This document shows, piece by piece, positions 10,486-19,582 of a DNA stretch of 64,000 nucleotides. Source of the stretch: an uncultured Alphaproteobacteria bacterium (GTDB lineage: Bacteria > Pseudomonadota > Alphaproteobacteria > Rhizobiales > Xanthobacteraceae); the NCBI GenBank assembly GCA_963725985.1, contig CAVSAO010000001.1, positions 768,072-832,071 of the forward strand, written 5' to 3'. The notes beneath the pieces were generated by a model, which worked only from the letters and a program-made list of their open reading frames with translations, searched no databases and had not been told where the DNA came from. The translations under genes were made by a program, and so were the position numbers. The number at the start of each line of letters is the position of its first letter. Position 1 is the first letter of the stretch.

Positions 10486-11640
10486 TCAGGGCTGGGCCGC
10501 GTGGGGTTGAAAGGTGATGGAGGCGCCCCGGGACAATGCACGACCATCCACCAGATCGTTGAACAGTAAGGACCAAAGCGACAGCATCGCTACGGGCATC
10601 AAATAATAGGGCGTGAATATCGGATGACTGAGAAAGAACAGAAGATTGCAGACGAGATTTGTAATCACGACGGCAGGGACCACGCTTCGCCCGGCTGACC
10701 GCAGCCCCCAAGCCGCCCATACCAAGGCAACCACGATCAAGACGCCCTGCATATCGTAGAAATACGCCTTGGCTATCGCGAAGCTCAGATCGAGGGGAAC
10801 GACATCGGCAGGACCATAGGTCGTCGAAAACGGGCTACCCGCATTGATGGTGTTCGCCACCAAAGTCGGCGAAAGTCCAGCGAGGCAGGCTGCTCCGAAA
10901 ATAGCCAGCGGCAAAACCGCAGCAGTTTTCCGCGTCCTGCATGCTTCGATGGACAGCCAAAGAAGAGGCCCGGCAGACAGGAAAAGATTGGCCAGTCTGA
11001 AACTAACGGACAGTCCGAGGAACAGGCCGGTCATTGTCGTCGCGATCAAGCGAGCGCGTCGGTCCCCTGCCGTGAACATGACCACGATTAGATATCCGGC
11101 GAGCGCGCAAGCAGCCATTGTGGGCGCAATGGAAAAGCTCGCCTTCGCCGGATTGACCATGAAATACAAGGCCAAGCCTCCTACGCCAGCGGAACGGACA
11201 GCTGCTTGTGGAGTTCTGGCGAGCCAGATTGCCGAAAGAGCGATCAAGAAGATTATGAAATTTGCCGCCGCGTAAAGCGGCACTCTCTGAAAGCCGGACG
11301 GAAAGATCGCCAGCAGAATGCCGGTGCCGGGCGGGTATTGGATAACGATTTTGCCCGTTGCCTTCACCAGATTGTGGCAGGGGGCACGGGTAGGTTTGTT
11401 CCACTCCGGGAATCCGATCTCTCTGGCAAGCGTTGCAAAAAATTGGTCGTCGTCGCGCGCGATGTCGGTGTCAAAGCCACCCAGGCCGAACCGCTGAAAC
11501 AGGTGAGCCTGCCTGAGATAGCAGAGATCGTCATAGACCCCGGTTCGCTCGGTCCAGTTGCGCATCGTCCAAAGATTGCTCGCCAGGACGATCAGGCAAA
11601 CCAAACCGCAGGCTATCTTAAAGGGACGACTTTCGACCAT
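10486..11640 (-). CDS. Polytopic membrane protein, possible GT-C-fold glycosyltransferase
   Basis: TM1 followed by a YDD acidic pair, periplasmic loop and QYPPG, then roughly 9-10 TM helices. Confidence 0.5.
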   Translation of the reverse strand: MVESRPFKIACGLVCLIVLASNLWTMRNWTERTGVYDDLCYLRQAHLFQRFGLGGFDTDIARDDDQFFATLAREIGFPEWNKPTRAPCHNLVKATGKIVIQYPPGTGILLAIFPSGFQRVPLYAAANFIIFLIALSAIWLARTPQAAVRSAGVGGLALYFMVNPAKASFSIAPTMAACALAGYLIVVMFTAGDRRARLIATTMTGLFLGLSVSFRLANLFLSAGPLLWLSIEACRTRKTAAVLPLAIFGAACLAGLSPTLVANTINAGSPFSTTYGPADVVPLDLSFAIAKAYFYDMQGVLIVVALVWAAWGLRSAGRSVVPAVVITNLVCNLLFFLSHPIFTPYYLMPVAMLSLWSLLFNDLVDGRALSRGASITFQPHAAQP

Positions 11641-12089
11641 GACCTACCCCTATAAGCATGGCCCATCGTATCGGCTCAACCGCGAACTTGAAATGGTCGC
11701 TCAGAGCGGCACGGACGATATGGTCAAGCTCGGGGCACGAACGGAAGTCAAGCCGCCCAATGCCGACTTACCGCTCTTCCCTCGACGGCGGACCTTCGTT
11801 GAAACGAAGCCGTTGAGAAGTGCAATCAACAGAGCGCAGCATCAATGGATTAAAAGCTCGCGCTTGAGAAAGCCGCCACCGGCGAGAAATCTCGGGCCCA
11901 ATTCGCACGAGAACGAATGCAGGCCTCAGGGCCGCCGAAGCCGCAGCAAACGGTATTCCCTCGCGGCTCGATCATCGACGGCCCCGAGCCGTCGTAATAA
12001 GCGACAGGGCATTTGACGCGGACAGTCTGGCCGAGTTCACGGGGCGTGCGAACGCGCGACCAAGCGTACGTCTCGGGCCAACTAGTGCC

Positions 12090-12212
12090 TCACAAGACGA
12101 GCTTTAGCACAGTGAGCTCCAAGCTACTGACGAACACCGCAGCGGTGAGCGACGCCATCACGGTGTCAACCCACGTCCAGTTCTCCCGCCATTGGCGAAA
12201 GAATTCGCGCAT
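12090..12212 (-). CDS. Putative 40-aa small membrane protein (below the ORF-track cutoff)
   Basis: GGGAGG RBS then MREFFRQWRENWTWVDTVMASLTAAVFVSSLELTVLKLVL*. Confidence 0.4.
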   Translation of the reverse strand: MREFFRQWRENWTWVDTVMASLTAAVFVSSLELTVLKLVL

Positions 12213-12555
12213 CACAATCCCTCCCCCGGCCTTCGGTTCCCACTATCCTTGGATCTCGAGTCGCGCAAGCAACCGTAGGATACAAGCGCGTTAGTCAACT
12301 CGCGAGGAATCCCTGCAGCCTTATAGAGCGCCATCCGGGCTGCCGGTCGCCCTAAGTCGTTGACGTGACAGATTTATGCCGCTTCTGCGGGAATCGCCTA
12401 CGTTCGTGCCCTTCCTCTGACAAGTCGCCGGAATTAACCGGACGCCTGATCGTGCAAACCCACCGGGCGGCTTGCAATCGCGGCCGCAGAACCCTGGTTG
12501 CCATCTCATCCCGGAGGGAGGATGCTGCCGCTACGCAGGCACAATGGAGAGCCGC

Positions 12556-12798
12556 ATGAGCAAGGCAGGTCTCGACAATCGCCACCGGAACAAGGATGGC
12601 GAAATCAGCCACAAGCACGGAAACACCCTCATCCGGACCTTGCGCAAGCTTTACGGACAGGGTTTCGCAGCCGGTTATCCGGAAACCGAGAAGCTAAGCG
12701 AGGTTCTGCTTCAGTTGAACGAAACGTCGCTGAGCCAGCTCCGCCGCGATTATGAGACCGGCCACCTGGAGCACAAGATCGCGAACGCTTCCAAGTAA
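12556..12798 (+). CDS. Conserved hypothetical small protein
   Basis: GGAG RBS, MSKAGLDNRHRNKDGEISHKHGNTLIRTLRK..., typical codon usage. Confidence 0.75.
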   Translation: MSKAGLDNRHRNKDGEISHKHGNTLIRTLRKLYGQGFAAGYPETEKLSEVLLQLNETSLSQLRRDYETGHLEHKIANASK

Positions 12799-12876
12799 GG
12801 CCGCAACCTGAATGGCAAAGACCCCCTTCCGCCGCAGGACTTCCGGCATGGGTTTTGGCCTCCAGAACGTTACTCG

Positions 12877-13626
12877 TCAGTAGCAGGCGCCGGGATCGGC
12901 GGGAACGTACTGTCCCGACGGATACCGATAGTAACAATTGCCCTGCGACAGATAATAACCCGGCCGCGAAGCCGCCTGCGCACCGACGATCGCGCCGGTC
13001 GCCCCACCGGCAATCGCGCCGGCGGCCGCGCCACTCGCATGACCCGTCAGCAGGCCGCCAAGCAACCCTCCCACGATGGCGCCTCCGACGGCACTTGCAG
13101 CTGGATCAGGCGGCGGCGGTGCATAGGCACCGGGAGGCGGCGGAGCGTAAGCACCGGCGACCGGCGGCCCATATGGACCGCCGACGTCGTCGACGTAATC
13201 CTCCGAGACATAGCTGGGCGGACCTTCCATCGGTTCGGGGTAGTAATACCAGACGCCCCCGACATCCCACCACCAGCCCGGACGTCCATTGTGGACTTCG
13301 TGACGCCAGCGTCCGCCCTCCCAGGCGACGCGGCCGCGATAGGAGTGTCCGCCGAAATCGCGAGCTGGCAAGGAGCCGCGGGCAACGCGCGCGTCCGATG
13401 GCCCTCGATGCGCATCCTGCGGCCGTCGGCCGACCACCGACCCGGGAGGATGTCCGGGGGCCAGTCTGGGCGCTTGAACTGCTGCCCCGGTGGCCGGTTT
13501 GGACGCTTGAACTGCTCCCCTGCCCGTGGGTTTTTGCGTGGGCTCTTCGGCATGCGCTGAAAGCGCGAACACCGCCACGGCGGACACCAATGGAAGGATG
13601 ATCCTGGATCGGCTGAATGCGTTCAT
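12877..13626 (-). CDS. Secreted Gly/Pro/Tyr-rich protein with glycine-zipper segment
   Basis: Signal peptide ending AHA, WWWDVGGVWYYYP, PPPP tracts and GGAIVGGLLGG...GAIAGGATGAIVG. Confidence 0.7.
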   Translation of the reverse strand: MNAFSRSRIILPLVSAVAVFALSAHAEEPTQKPTGRGAVQASKPATGAAVQAPRLAPGHPPGSVVGRRPQDAHRGPSDARVARGSLPARDFGGHSYRGRVAWEGGRWRHEVHNGRPGWWWDVGGVWYYYPEPMEGPPSYVSEDYVDDVGGPYGPPVAGAYAPPPPGAYAPPPPDPAASAVGGAIVGGLLGGLLTGHASGAAAGAIAGGATGAIVGAQAASRPGYYLSQGNCYYRYPSGQYVPADPGACY

Positions 13627-13842
13627 TCCCGCACACTCCATCGTTAGCCATGCCGTAGCGCTCAAATGCACGGCTCTACACCTGCGTTGATTCAGGCGGT
13701 CACCGCTATTGCTGATCAGGCTCTTACAAATTGTCTCGTTACAAATCGGTAACATCAAGGCAATTTGTTTCACCCCTTGCGGCCGGGTCGCAGAAGCCGG
13801 TCGTAGATTGGAGCCAGGCTCATCCTGCCGATCCTCGTTTGC

Positions 13843-14061
13843 TCAATGCCACTGGCGATGTCGCAACTTGCGTCCTCGATGGGCGGAGGATGGTTGCACA
13901 TCGGGTTGTGCCAATTGCTGCCTCAATTCCTGAAGTCGCCGTTGATAGCCGGGGGAATTCATAATACTTGCCGCACCGCCGCGAGCAAACAGCGGCGCGC
14001 TTGAACCCGCGATGGCCGTAGCCATCGCTGCCATTAGAGACAATTTCAGAGATCTTTTCAT
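13843..14061 (-). CDS. Small secreted hypothetical protein
   Basis: Signal peptide then ARGGAASIMNSPGYQRRLQE. Confidence 0.6.
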   Translation of the reverse strand: MKRSLKLSLMAAMATAIAGSSAPLFARGGAASIMNSPGYQRRLQELRQQLAQPDVQPSSAHRGRKLRHRQWH

Positions 14062-14255
14062 GCCGGGTATCCTTATCTGGCGTCACCTGGTCATCGGTTC
14101 CGCAAGCTGCCATCATGTCGCGGGAGCGCCAAAACCGCGCTATCAGGTCGGGCCATTCCGCCGTGCGGCTTGCACCGCCCTCCCAAAGTCCCTCCACGCA
14201 GCAGGACCGAGCCCCGTTACACGAACCAAGAGCGGCAAATCCGTGATGCTCCGGG

Positions 14256-14429
14256 TCATTGCGCCGGAATAATATTGCAGTTCGTGCGTCCGGACATCAG
14301 GCAATCCTGCATCTTGCTGGTCGCCGTCAGTTCGTGAGCGAGCCACAATCCGACCATCAACAGCACCACCGCAATCGCCAGTCCGGCGATCGCGCCGCGC
14401 CGGTTTCCGCCTTGATCGGGATCGGTCAT
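14256..14429 (-). CDS. Small single-TM hypothetical protein
   Basis: MTDPDQGGNRRGAIAGLAIAVVLLMVGLWL...QDCLMSGRTNC. Confidence 0.7.
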   Translation of the reverse strand: MTDPDQGGNRRGAIAGLAIAVVLLMVGLWLAHELTATSKMQDCLMSGRTNCNIIPAQ

Positions 14430-14642
14430 CGTCCGGTCAGTCCATGCATGATCTTTAGCGGTGGAATTCTGGCGCCTCGCCGGTCGGTCGCCAAAACAGC
14501 AATTTTCGCGCGACATTGCCCCCGGCAAGTGGATAATTGATGGCTTCCCGGCGCCCGCGGATGTACACCGCTCCCGATTGCGCAGATGCTTCGGTGAAGC
14601 CGATAGCCCCACAACAAACAAGAAAGCGACAAGGCCCGTTCA

Positions 14643-14990
14643 ATGAGTGGATTCAAGGAACCTAGCTTTGCGGACCGCCAGAAGGCGGCGCAGCAAGCCA
14701 GGCAGAACATCCTGAACAAGTTTCGCAGCCAGCCGGGTCCCGACGACCCCGCGGTCAAACAGCGGCAAGCCGAGCGGGAGGCGCGGGCGGCCGAACGGGC
14801 CAAAGCCAAGCTGGCGCGCGAGGCCGCCAAGGCCGAGCAGAAGCGCCGCGAGGCCGAAGCGGCGGCCGAGGCCGCAGCCCAGCTCGCGCGCGAAAAGGAG
14901 GAGGCCGCGGCAAGAGAAGCCGCGCTCGAGGCAGAGCGCAAGGCCGCGCGCGACGCGCGCTATGCGGCGCGGAAGAAGAAGCGGAAATAG
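14643..14990 (+). CDS. DUF6481-like charged coiled-coil protein
   Basis: MSGFKEPSFADRQ... ending RKAARDARYAARK. Confidence 0.8.
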   Translation: MSGFKEPSFADRQKAAQQARQNILNKFRSQPGPDDPAVKQRQAEREARAAERAKAKLAREAAKAEQKRREAEAAAEAAAQLAREKEEAAAREAALEAERKAARDARYAARKKKRK

Positions 14991-15003
14991 CCGACAGTTT
15001 CGG

Positions 15004-15053
15004 AAGGCGTCACGCCCAAGGCGTCACGCCCAAGGCAAAACGCCCAAGACAAA
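15004..15053. repeat. 14-bp tandem repeat, about 3.5 copies
   Basis: AAGGCGTCACGCCC x2, then AAGGCAAAACGCCC and AAGACAAA. Confidence 0.8.
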
Positions 15054-15118
15054 GTTTGGCGGCGTCACAGGCCCTCCCCGACCGGGGCGGGCCTGCGGGA
15101 ACGCCGAAGCTTGGATGC

Positions 15119-15352
15119 CTAGTTCTTCTTCATTCCGTCGTCTTTCTTCATGCCGTCCTTCGACATCGTGTCCTTCTTCATGCTATCCTTGGACATCGTG
15201 TCCTTCTTCATCGAATCCTTGGACATGGAATCCTTCTTCATGCCGTCGTCCTTGCTCATCTTGTCCTGCGCGAAGGCGGCAGGCGCGAGCGTCAGGCTGA
15301 GTGAAAGAACGGCGGCAGATACGCCGAGCGCAATGCGGGTGCTGATGGTCAT
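15119..15352 (-). CDS. Pentapeptide MXKDX repeat protein
   Basis: Signal peptide followed by repeated MSKDx/MKKDx pentapeptides. Confidence 0.9.
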   Translation of the reverse strand: MTISTRIALGVSAAVLSLSLTLAPAAFAQDKMSKDDGMKKDSMSKDSMKKDTMSKDSMKKDTMSKDGMKKDDGMKKN

Positions 15353-15683
15353 TGGTTGGTCTTCCCTTTGAAACGGTTTGAAAGCGACGGATGCCGCACT
15401 GTTCAGGACGGTCCCGCGAGCGGGTTTGTTACCCGCGACCCGGAAAAATTTTCCGGCAAAGGGCTATTGGAGCGTTCTGGGGCCAGGGGAATGAACGCCG
15501 GCCAAAAAGGCGTCATTCCGTCTTTTTTCCGTCGAATCTTTTGACAAATGTGCCGCGCAGCAAGGTCGACGCTTCCTTCAAGCTCGGCTATCAGAGTAAA
15601 GAAAATTCGCGCGATTACAGGCTAATTTGCCCTCAGGGTCGCTTGAACCATTCCAACCAACAATCGCCCGTGAGGAGATTTCG

Positions 15684-16706
15684 ATGCTTACACGCCGCCA
15701 CGTCCTCGTATCGGCGCTCGCAGCGCCCGCCATCCTGCGTTTTGGAACCGGGACAGCCCAAGCCGCAACTACCTTGAAAATATCGCACCAGTTTCCCGGC
15801 GGGACCATCGACAAGGGCGATTTCCGCGACCGGATGTGCCGGGTGTTCGCCGCCGAAGTGGCCAAACGCAGCGGCGGCGAGCTCGCCGCCGAGATCTATC
15901 CGAATTCCTCGCTGATCAAGACCAACGCGCAATTCTCGGCGATGCGCAAAGGCGCGCTCGATATCAGCCTGTATCCGATGCCCTATGCGGGCGGCGAATT
16001 GCCGGAGACCAATATCGGCCTGATGCCCGGCCTGGTCTCGACTTACGATCAGGGCCTGAGCTGGAAGAACAAGCCGATCGGCAAGGCGCTGACGGATTTC
16101 CTCGCCGACAAGGGCATCATCCTCCTCACCTGGGTCTGGCAGGCCGGCGGCGTCGCCAGCCGTTCGAAGCCGATCGTCGCCCCGGAAGACGCCAAGGGCA
16201 TGAAGGTCCGCGGCGGCTCGCGCGAGATGGATATGGTGTTGCAGGCCGCGGGCGCTTCCGTGCTGTCGGTGCCGTCGAACGAAATCTATGCGGCGATGCA
16301 GACCGGCGCCTGCGACGCCGGCATCACCTCCTCCACCAGCCTGATCTCGTTCCGGCTCGAGGAAGTCTCGAAGTCCCTGACATCGGGCGCGGCCGCGTCC
16401 TACTGGTTCATGCTGGAACCCCTGATGATGTCGAAGTCGATTTTCGACGGCTTGCCGAAGAAGCATCAGGACATCATTCTCGCAGTCGGCTCGGAACTGG
16501 AAGCCTTCGGCAAGAAAGGCGCGCAGGATGACGATATCGAAGTGACCAAGGTCTATGAAAAGGCCGGCTGCAAGATCAGCGCACTTGATGTCGCCACCGT
16601 CGGCAAATGGCGCGACATCGCGCGGGATACCGCGTGGAAGGACTATGGCGCGCGAACCGCGACCGCGGCCAACCTGCTGAAGCTCGCGTCCGACGTCGCC
16701 GCATGA
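15684..16706 (+). CDS. dctP: TRAP transporter substrate-binding protein
   Basis: Tat-like TRRHVL signal, DAKGMKVR and EIYAAMQTGACD motifs; in an operon with dctQ and dctM. Confidence 0.92.
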   Translation: MLTRRHVLVSALAAPAILRFGTGTAQAATTLKISHQFPGGTIDKGDFRDRMCRVFAAEVAKRSGGELAAEIYPNSSLIKTNAQFSAMRKGALDISLYPMPYAGGELPETNIGLMPGLVSTYDQGLSWKNKPIGKALTDFLADKGIILLTWVWQAGGVASRSKPIVAPEDAKGMKVRGGSREMDMVLQAAGASVLSVPSNEIYAAMQTGACDAGITSSTSLISFRLEEVSKSLTSGAAASYWFMLEPLMMSKSIFDGLPKKHQDIILAVGSELEAFGKKGAQDDDIEVTKVYEKAGCKISALDVATVGKWRDIARDTAWKDYGARTATAANLLKLASDVAA

Positions 16707-17257
16707 TGCATGGTCCACTCGGGGATCAACGTGATCGTTCGAAGTCCGCCGCGGGCAACGCGCTCGTGGCGGCGTTCGAAGCCGCACTCGCCTTTTGCAA
16801 CAACATCATTGTCGTGGTTGCCGCGCTGGCGCTGATCGCGGCCTGCGCCATCCTCAGCTACAGCGTGCTGAGCCGCGCGCTGTTTCACAGCGCCAATTAT
16901 TGGCAGGACGAGGCGGCGGTATTTCTGCTCGTTGGTGCGACCTTCATGACGGCAGCCTATGTCCAGGGACAGCGCGGCCACATCGGCATCGAGGCTTTCG
17001 TCGGGCTGCTGTCGCCCACGGTCAACCGCATCAGGCTATGGCTGGTCGATGTCGCGAGCTTCCTGTTCTGCGCGTTCTTCGCCTGGAAATCCTGGACGCT
17101 CGCGGATGAAGCCTGGGTCGACGGCCAGGTGTCGAACTCGATGTGGTCACCGCCGCTGGCGATCCCTTACGGCCTGATGGCGGCAGGCATGACGCTGTTG
17201 TGCGTGCAGATCCTGCTGCAGATCGCAATTCCGCTCAGCGGCGCGGCGCGCCGATGA
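16703..17257 (+). CDS. dctQ: TRAP transporter small permease
   Basis: Four TM helices, WQDE and GHIGI motifs; overlaps the dctP stop. Confidence 0.9.
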   Translation: MMHGPLGDQRDRSKSAAGNALVAAFEAALAFCNNIIVVVAALALIAACAILSYSVLSRALFHSANYWQDEAAVFLLVGATFMTAAYVQGQRGHIGIEAFVGLLSPTVNRIRLWLVDVASFLFCAFFAWKSWTLADEAWVDGQVSNSMWSPPLAIPYGLMAAGMTLLCVQILLQIAIPLSGAARR

Positions 17258-18612
17258 CCGTGCTTGGTATTGGAATCAGTTACGGCCTCGCGACCCTGTT
17301 TGCGATGTTCTCGGGCATGCCGATCGCCTTTGCGCTGGGCGCGGTCGCGGTGGTGTTCATGGGCATCTACATGCCCATGGCCTCACTCGATACCGTGACC
17401 CAGAATGTCTATGAGGAGATGGCCTCGATCACGCTGCTGTCGATCCCGCTCTTCATCCTGAAGGGTGCCGCGATCGGCAGATCCCGCGCGGGGCAGGATT
17501 TGTATTCGGCGCTGCACGCCTGGCTGCATCGCGTGCCCGGCGGGCTTGGCGTCGCCAACGTGTTCGCCTGCGCGCTGTTTGCGGCGATGGCCGGATCGTC
17601 GCCCGCCACCTGCTCGGCGATCGGCTCGGCCGGCATCCCGGAAATGCGCAAGCGCGGTTACTCCGGCGGATTCGCCGCCGGCATCATCGCCGCCGGCGGC
17701 ACGCTCGGCATCCTGCTGCCGCCCTCGATCACAATGATCCTGTTCGCGGTCGCCGCGGAAAAATCTCTGGGACGGCTGTTCCTGGCCGGCATCGGACCGG
17801 GCCTGCTGCTGGTCTCGCTGTTCGGCGCCTACGCGGTGATCCATTTTCGTAAGGAGTACGCCGCCGCCAGCGCGCTTTACGCCAAGACCGGCGCGGCTTC
17901 GGCCATCCTGCAGCGCGACGAGTTCACCATGGCGGAACGCTTCAGCGTTCTGCCGCGGGTATTGCCGTTCGTCCTCTTGCTGACCGGCGTGATGATTGCG
18001 CTCTACGGCGGCTTTGCGACGCCTTCGGAAACCGCGGGCCTCGGCGGACTGCTGGCGCTGGCCCTGATCGCGCTGATCTACAGCGTGTGGCGGCCGCGCG
18101 ATCTGGCGCCGATACTGAAAGCGACGATCCGCGAGTCCACCATGCTGATGATGATCATCGGCATGTCGCTATTGTATTCCTACGTGATGAGCTATCTGCA
18201 TATCTCGCAGTCGGTCGCGGAGTCGATCGTCGCCATGCACCTGCCGCGATGGGAACTGCTGGCGGCGATCCTGGTCATGGTCGTCGTGCTCGGCTTTTTC
18301 CTGCCGCCGGTTTCGATCATCCTGATGACCGCGCCGATCATCCTGCCGCCGCTGCGCGCGGCGAATTTCGACATCATCTGGTTCGGCGTCGTCATGACCA
18401 TCGTGATGGAGATGGGACTTATTCACCCGCCGGTCGGCCTGAATATTTTTGTCATTCGCAACGTCGCGCCGGATATCCCCTTGAGCGATGTGATCTGGGG
18501 CACGCTGCCGTTCGTGCTGCTGATGATGCTGGCGGTGGTCGTGCTGTGCTTTGTGCCGGGGATTTCGACATATCTGCCCGATCTGGTGATGGGACCGGAC
18601 GGGGGAAGGTAG
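17254..18612 (+). CDS. dctM: TRAP transporter large permease
   Basis: GMPIAFALG, LLSIPLFIL, GGTLGILLPPS and HPPVGLN motifs. Confidence 0.95.
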   Translation: MTVLGIGISYGLATLFAMFSGMPIAFALGAVAVVFMGIYMPMASLDTVTQNVYEEMASITLLSIPLFILKGAAIGRSRAGQDLYSALHAWLHRVPGGLGVANVFACALFAAMAGSSPATCSAIGSAGIPEMRKRGYSGGFAAGIIAAGGTLGILLPPSITMILFAVAAEKSLGRLFLAGIGPGLLLVSLFGAYAVIHFRKEYAAASALYAKTGAASAILQRDEFTMAERFSVLPRVLPFVLLLTGVMIALYGGFATPSETAGLGGLLALALIALIYSVWRPRDLAPILKATIRESTMLMMIIGMSLLYSYVMSYLHISQSVAESIVAMHLPRWELLAAILVMVVVLGFFLPPVSIILMTAPIILPPLRAANFDIIWFGVVMTIVMEMGLIHPPVGLNIFVIRNVAPDIPLSDVIWGTLPFVLLMMLAVVVLCFVPGISTYLPDLVMGPDGGR

Positions 18613-18629
18613 AGCAGCCGCCTCTTCCT

Positions 18630-18659
18630 CGTCATTGCTTCGCTTCGCTCGCAATGACG
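18630..18659. repeat. REP-like palindrome between convergent genes
   Basis: CGTCATTGC-TTCGCTTCGCTC-GCAATGACG, a shortened form of a common rhizobial extragenic palindrome. Confidence 0.7.
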
Positions 18660-18666
18660 GCGTGGT

Positions 18667-19575
18667 CTACTTCGCCACTCGCCGTTTCGCATTCAACGCC
18701 GATGCCACGCGGCTCACCGGCGCCCGCCCGATCAGCCGGCTGATCTCGTTGGTGGCCGCCACCAGTTTTGCCATATCGACCCCGGTCACAATGCCCATGC
18801 CCTCCAGCATGTAGACCACGTCCTCGGTCGCGACGTTGCCGGTGGCGCCGGGCGCATAGGGGCAGCCGCCGAGACCGCCGGCCGCGGAATCGATCACGCG
18901 GGCACCCTCCTCCAGCCCGGCATAGAGATTGGCCAGCGCCTGGCCGTAGGTGTCATGGAAGTGCATCGCCAGATGGGCGATCGGCACAGTGCCGGCCACC
19001 GCGCGCAGCAGCGCCTTGGCTTTCAGCGGCGTGCCGACGCCGATAGTGTCGCCGAGCGAAATTTCGTAGCAGCCGAGCTCCCACAGCATGTCCGCAACAT
19101 TCACTACAGCGGATGGCTTCACCTCGCCGTCGAAGGGGCAACCGAGCACGCAGGAGATATAGCCGCGCACCTTGATGCCGTCGGCCTTGGCTCTGATGAC
19201 CACCGGCTTGAACCGCTCAATGGATTCGGCGACCGAGCAATTGATATTGGCGCGCGAAAACCCTTCGGACGCCGAGGCAAATACCGCGATCACCCTGGCG
19301 CCGGCCGCGCGCGCAGCGTCGTACCCCTTTTCGTTCGGGACCAGCACATGGAATTCGCTGTCGGGGTGATGGTTGACGCCGCGCAGCACGGAATCCGAAT
19401 TCACCATCTGCGGGATCGCTTTCGGCGACACAAACGCCCCGACCTCGATGACGTGCAGCCCCGCGCCGATGAGCGACTCGATGAACGCAATGCGGTCGGC
19501 GACGCTGACCGGCGTCTTTTCGTTCTGCAGGCCGTCGCGCGGGCCCACTTCGACGATGCGCACGGAATCGCTCAT
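18667..19575 (-). CDS. hmgL: Hydroxymethylglutaryl-CoA lyase
   Basis: EVGPRDGLQNE, HFHDTYGQA and GGLGGCPYAPGATGN motifs. Confidence 0.96.
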   Translation of the reverse strand: MSDSVRIVEVGPRDGLQNEKTPVSVADRIAFIESLIGAGLHVIEVGAFVSPKAIPQMVNSDSVLRGVNHHPDSEFHVLVPNEKGYDAARAAGARVIAVFASASEGFSRANINCSVAESIERFKPVVIRAKADGIKVRGYISCVLGCPFDGEVKPSAVVNVADMLWELGCYEISLGDTIGVGTPLKAKALLRAVAGTVPIAHLAMHFHDTYGQALANLYAGLEEGARVIDSAAGGLGGCPYAPGATGNVATEDVVYMLEGMGIVTGVDMAKLVAATNEISRLIGRAPVSRVASALNAKRRVAK

Positions 19576-19582
19576 CCTGATC

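Noticed and set aside
15119-15352. MXKDX repeat peptide as a second RiPP precursor
   Set aside because: Known secreted repeat-protein family with no modifying enzymes nearby.
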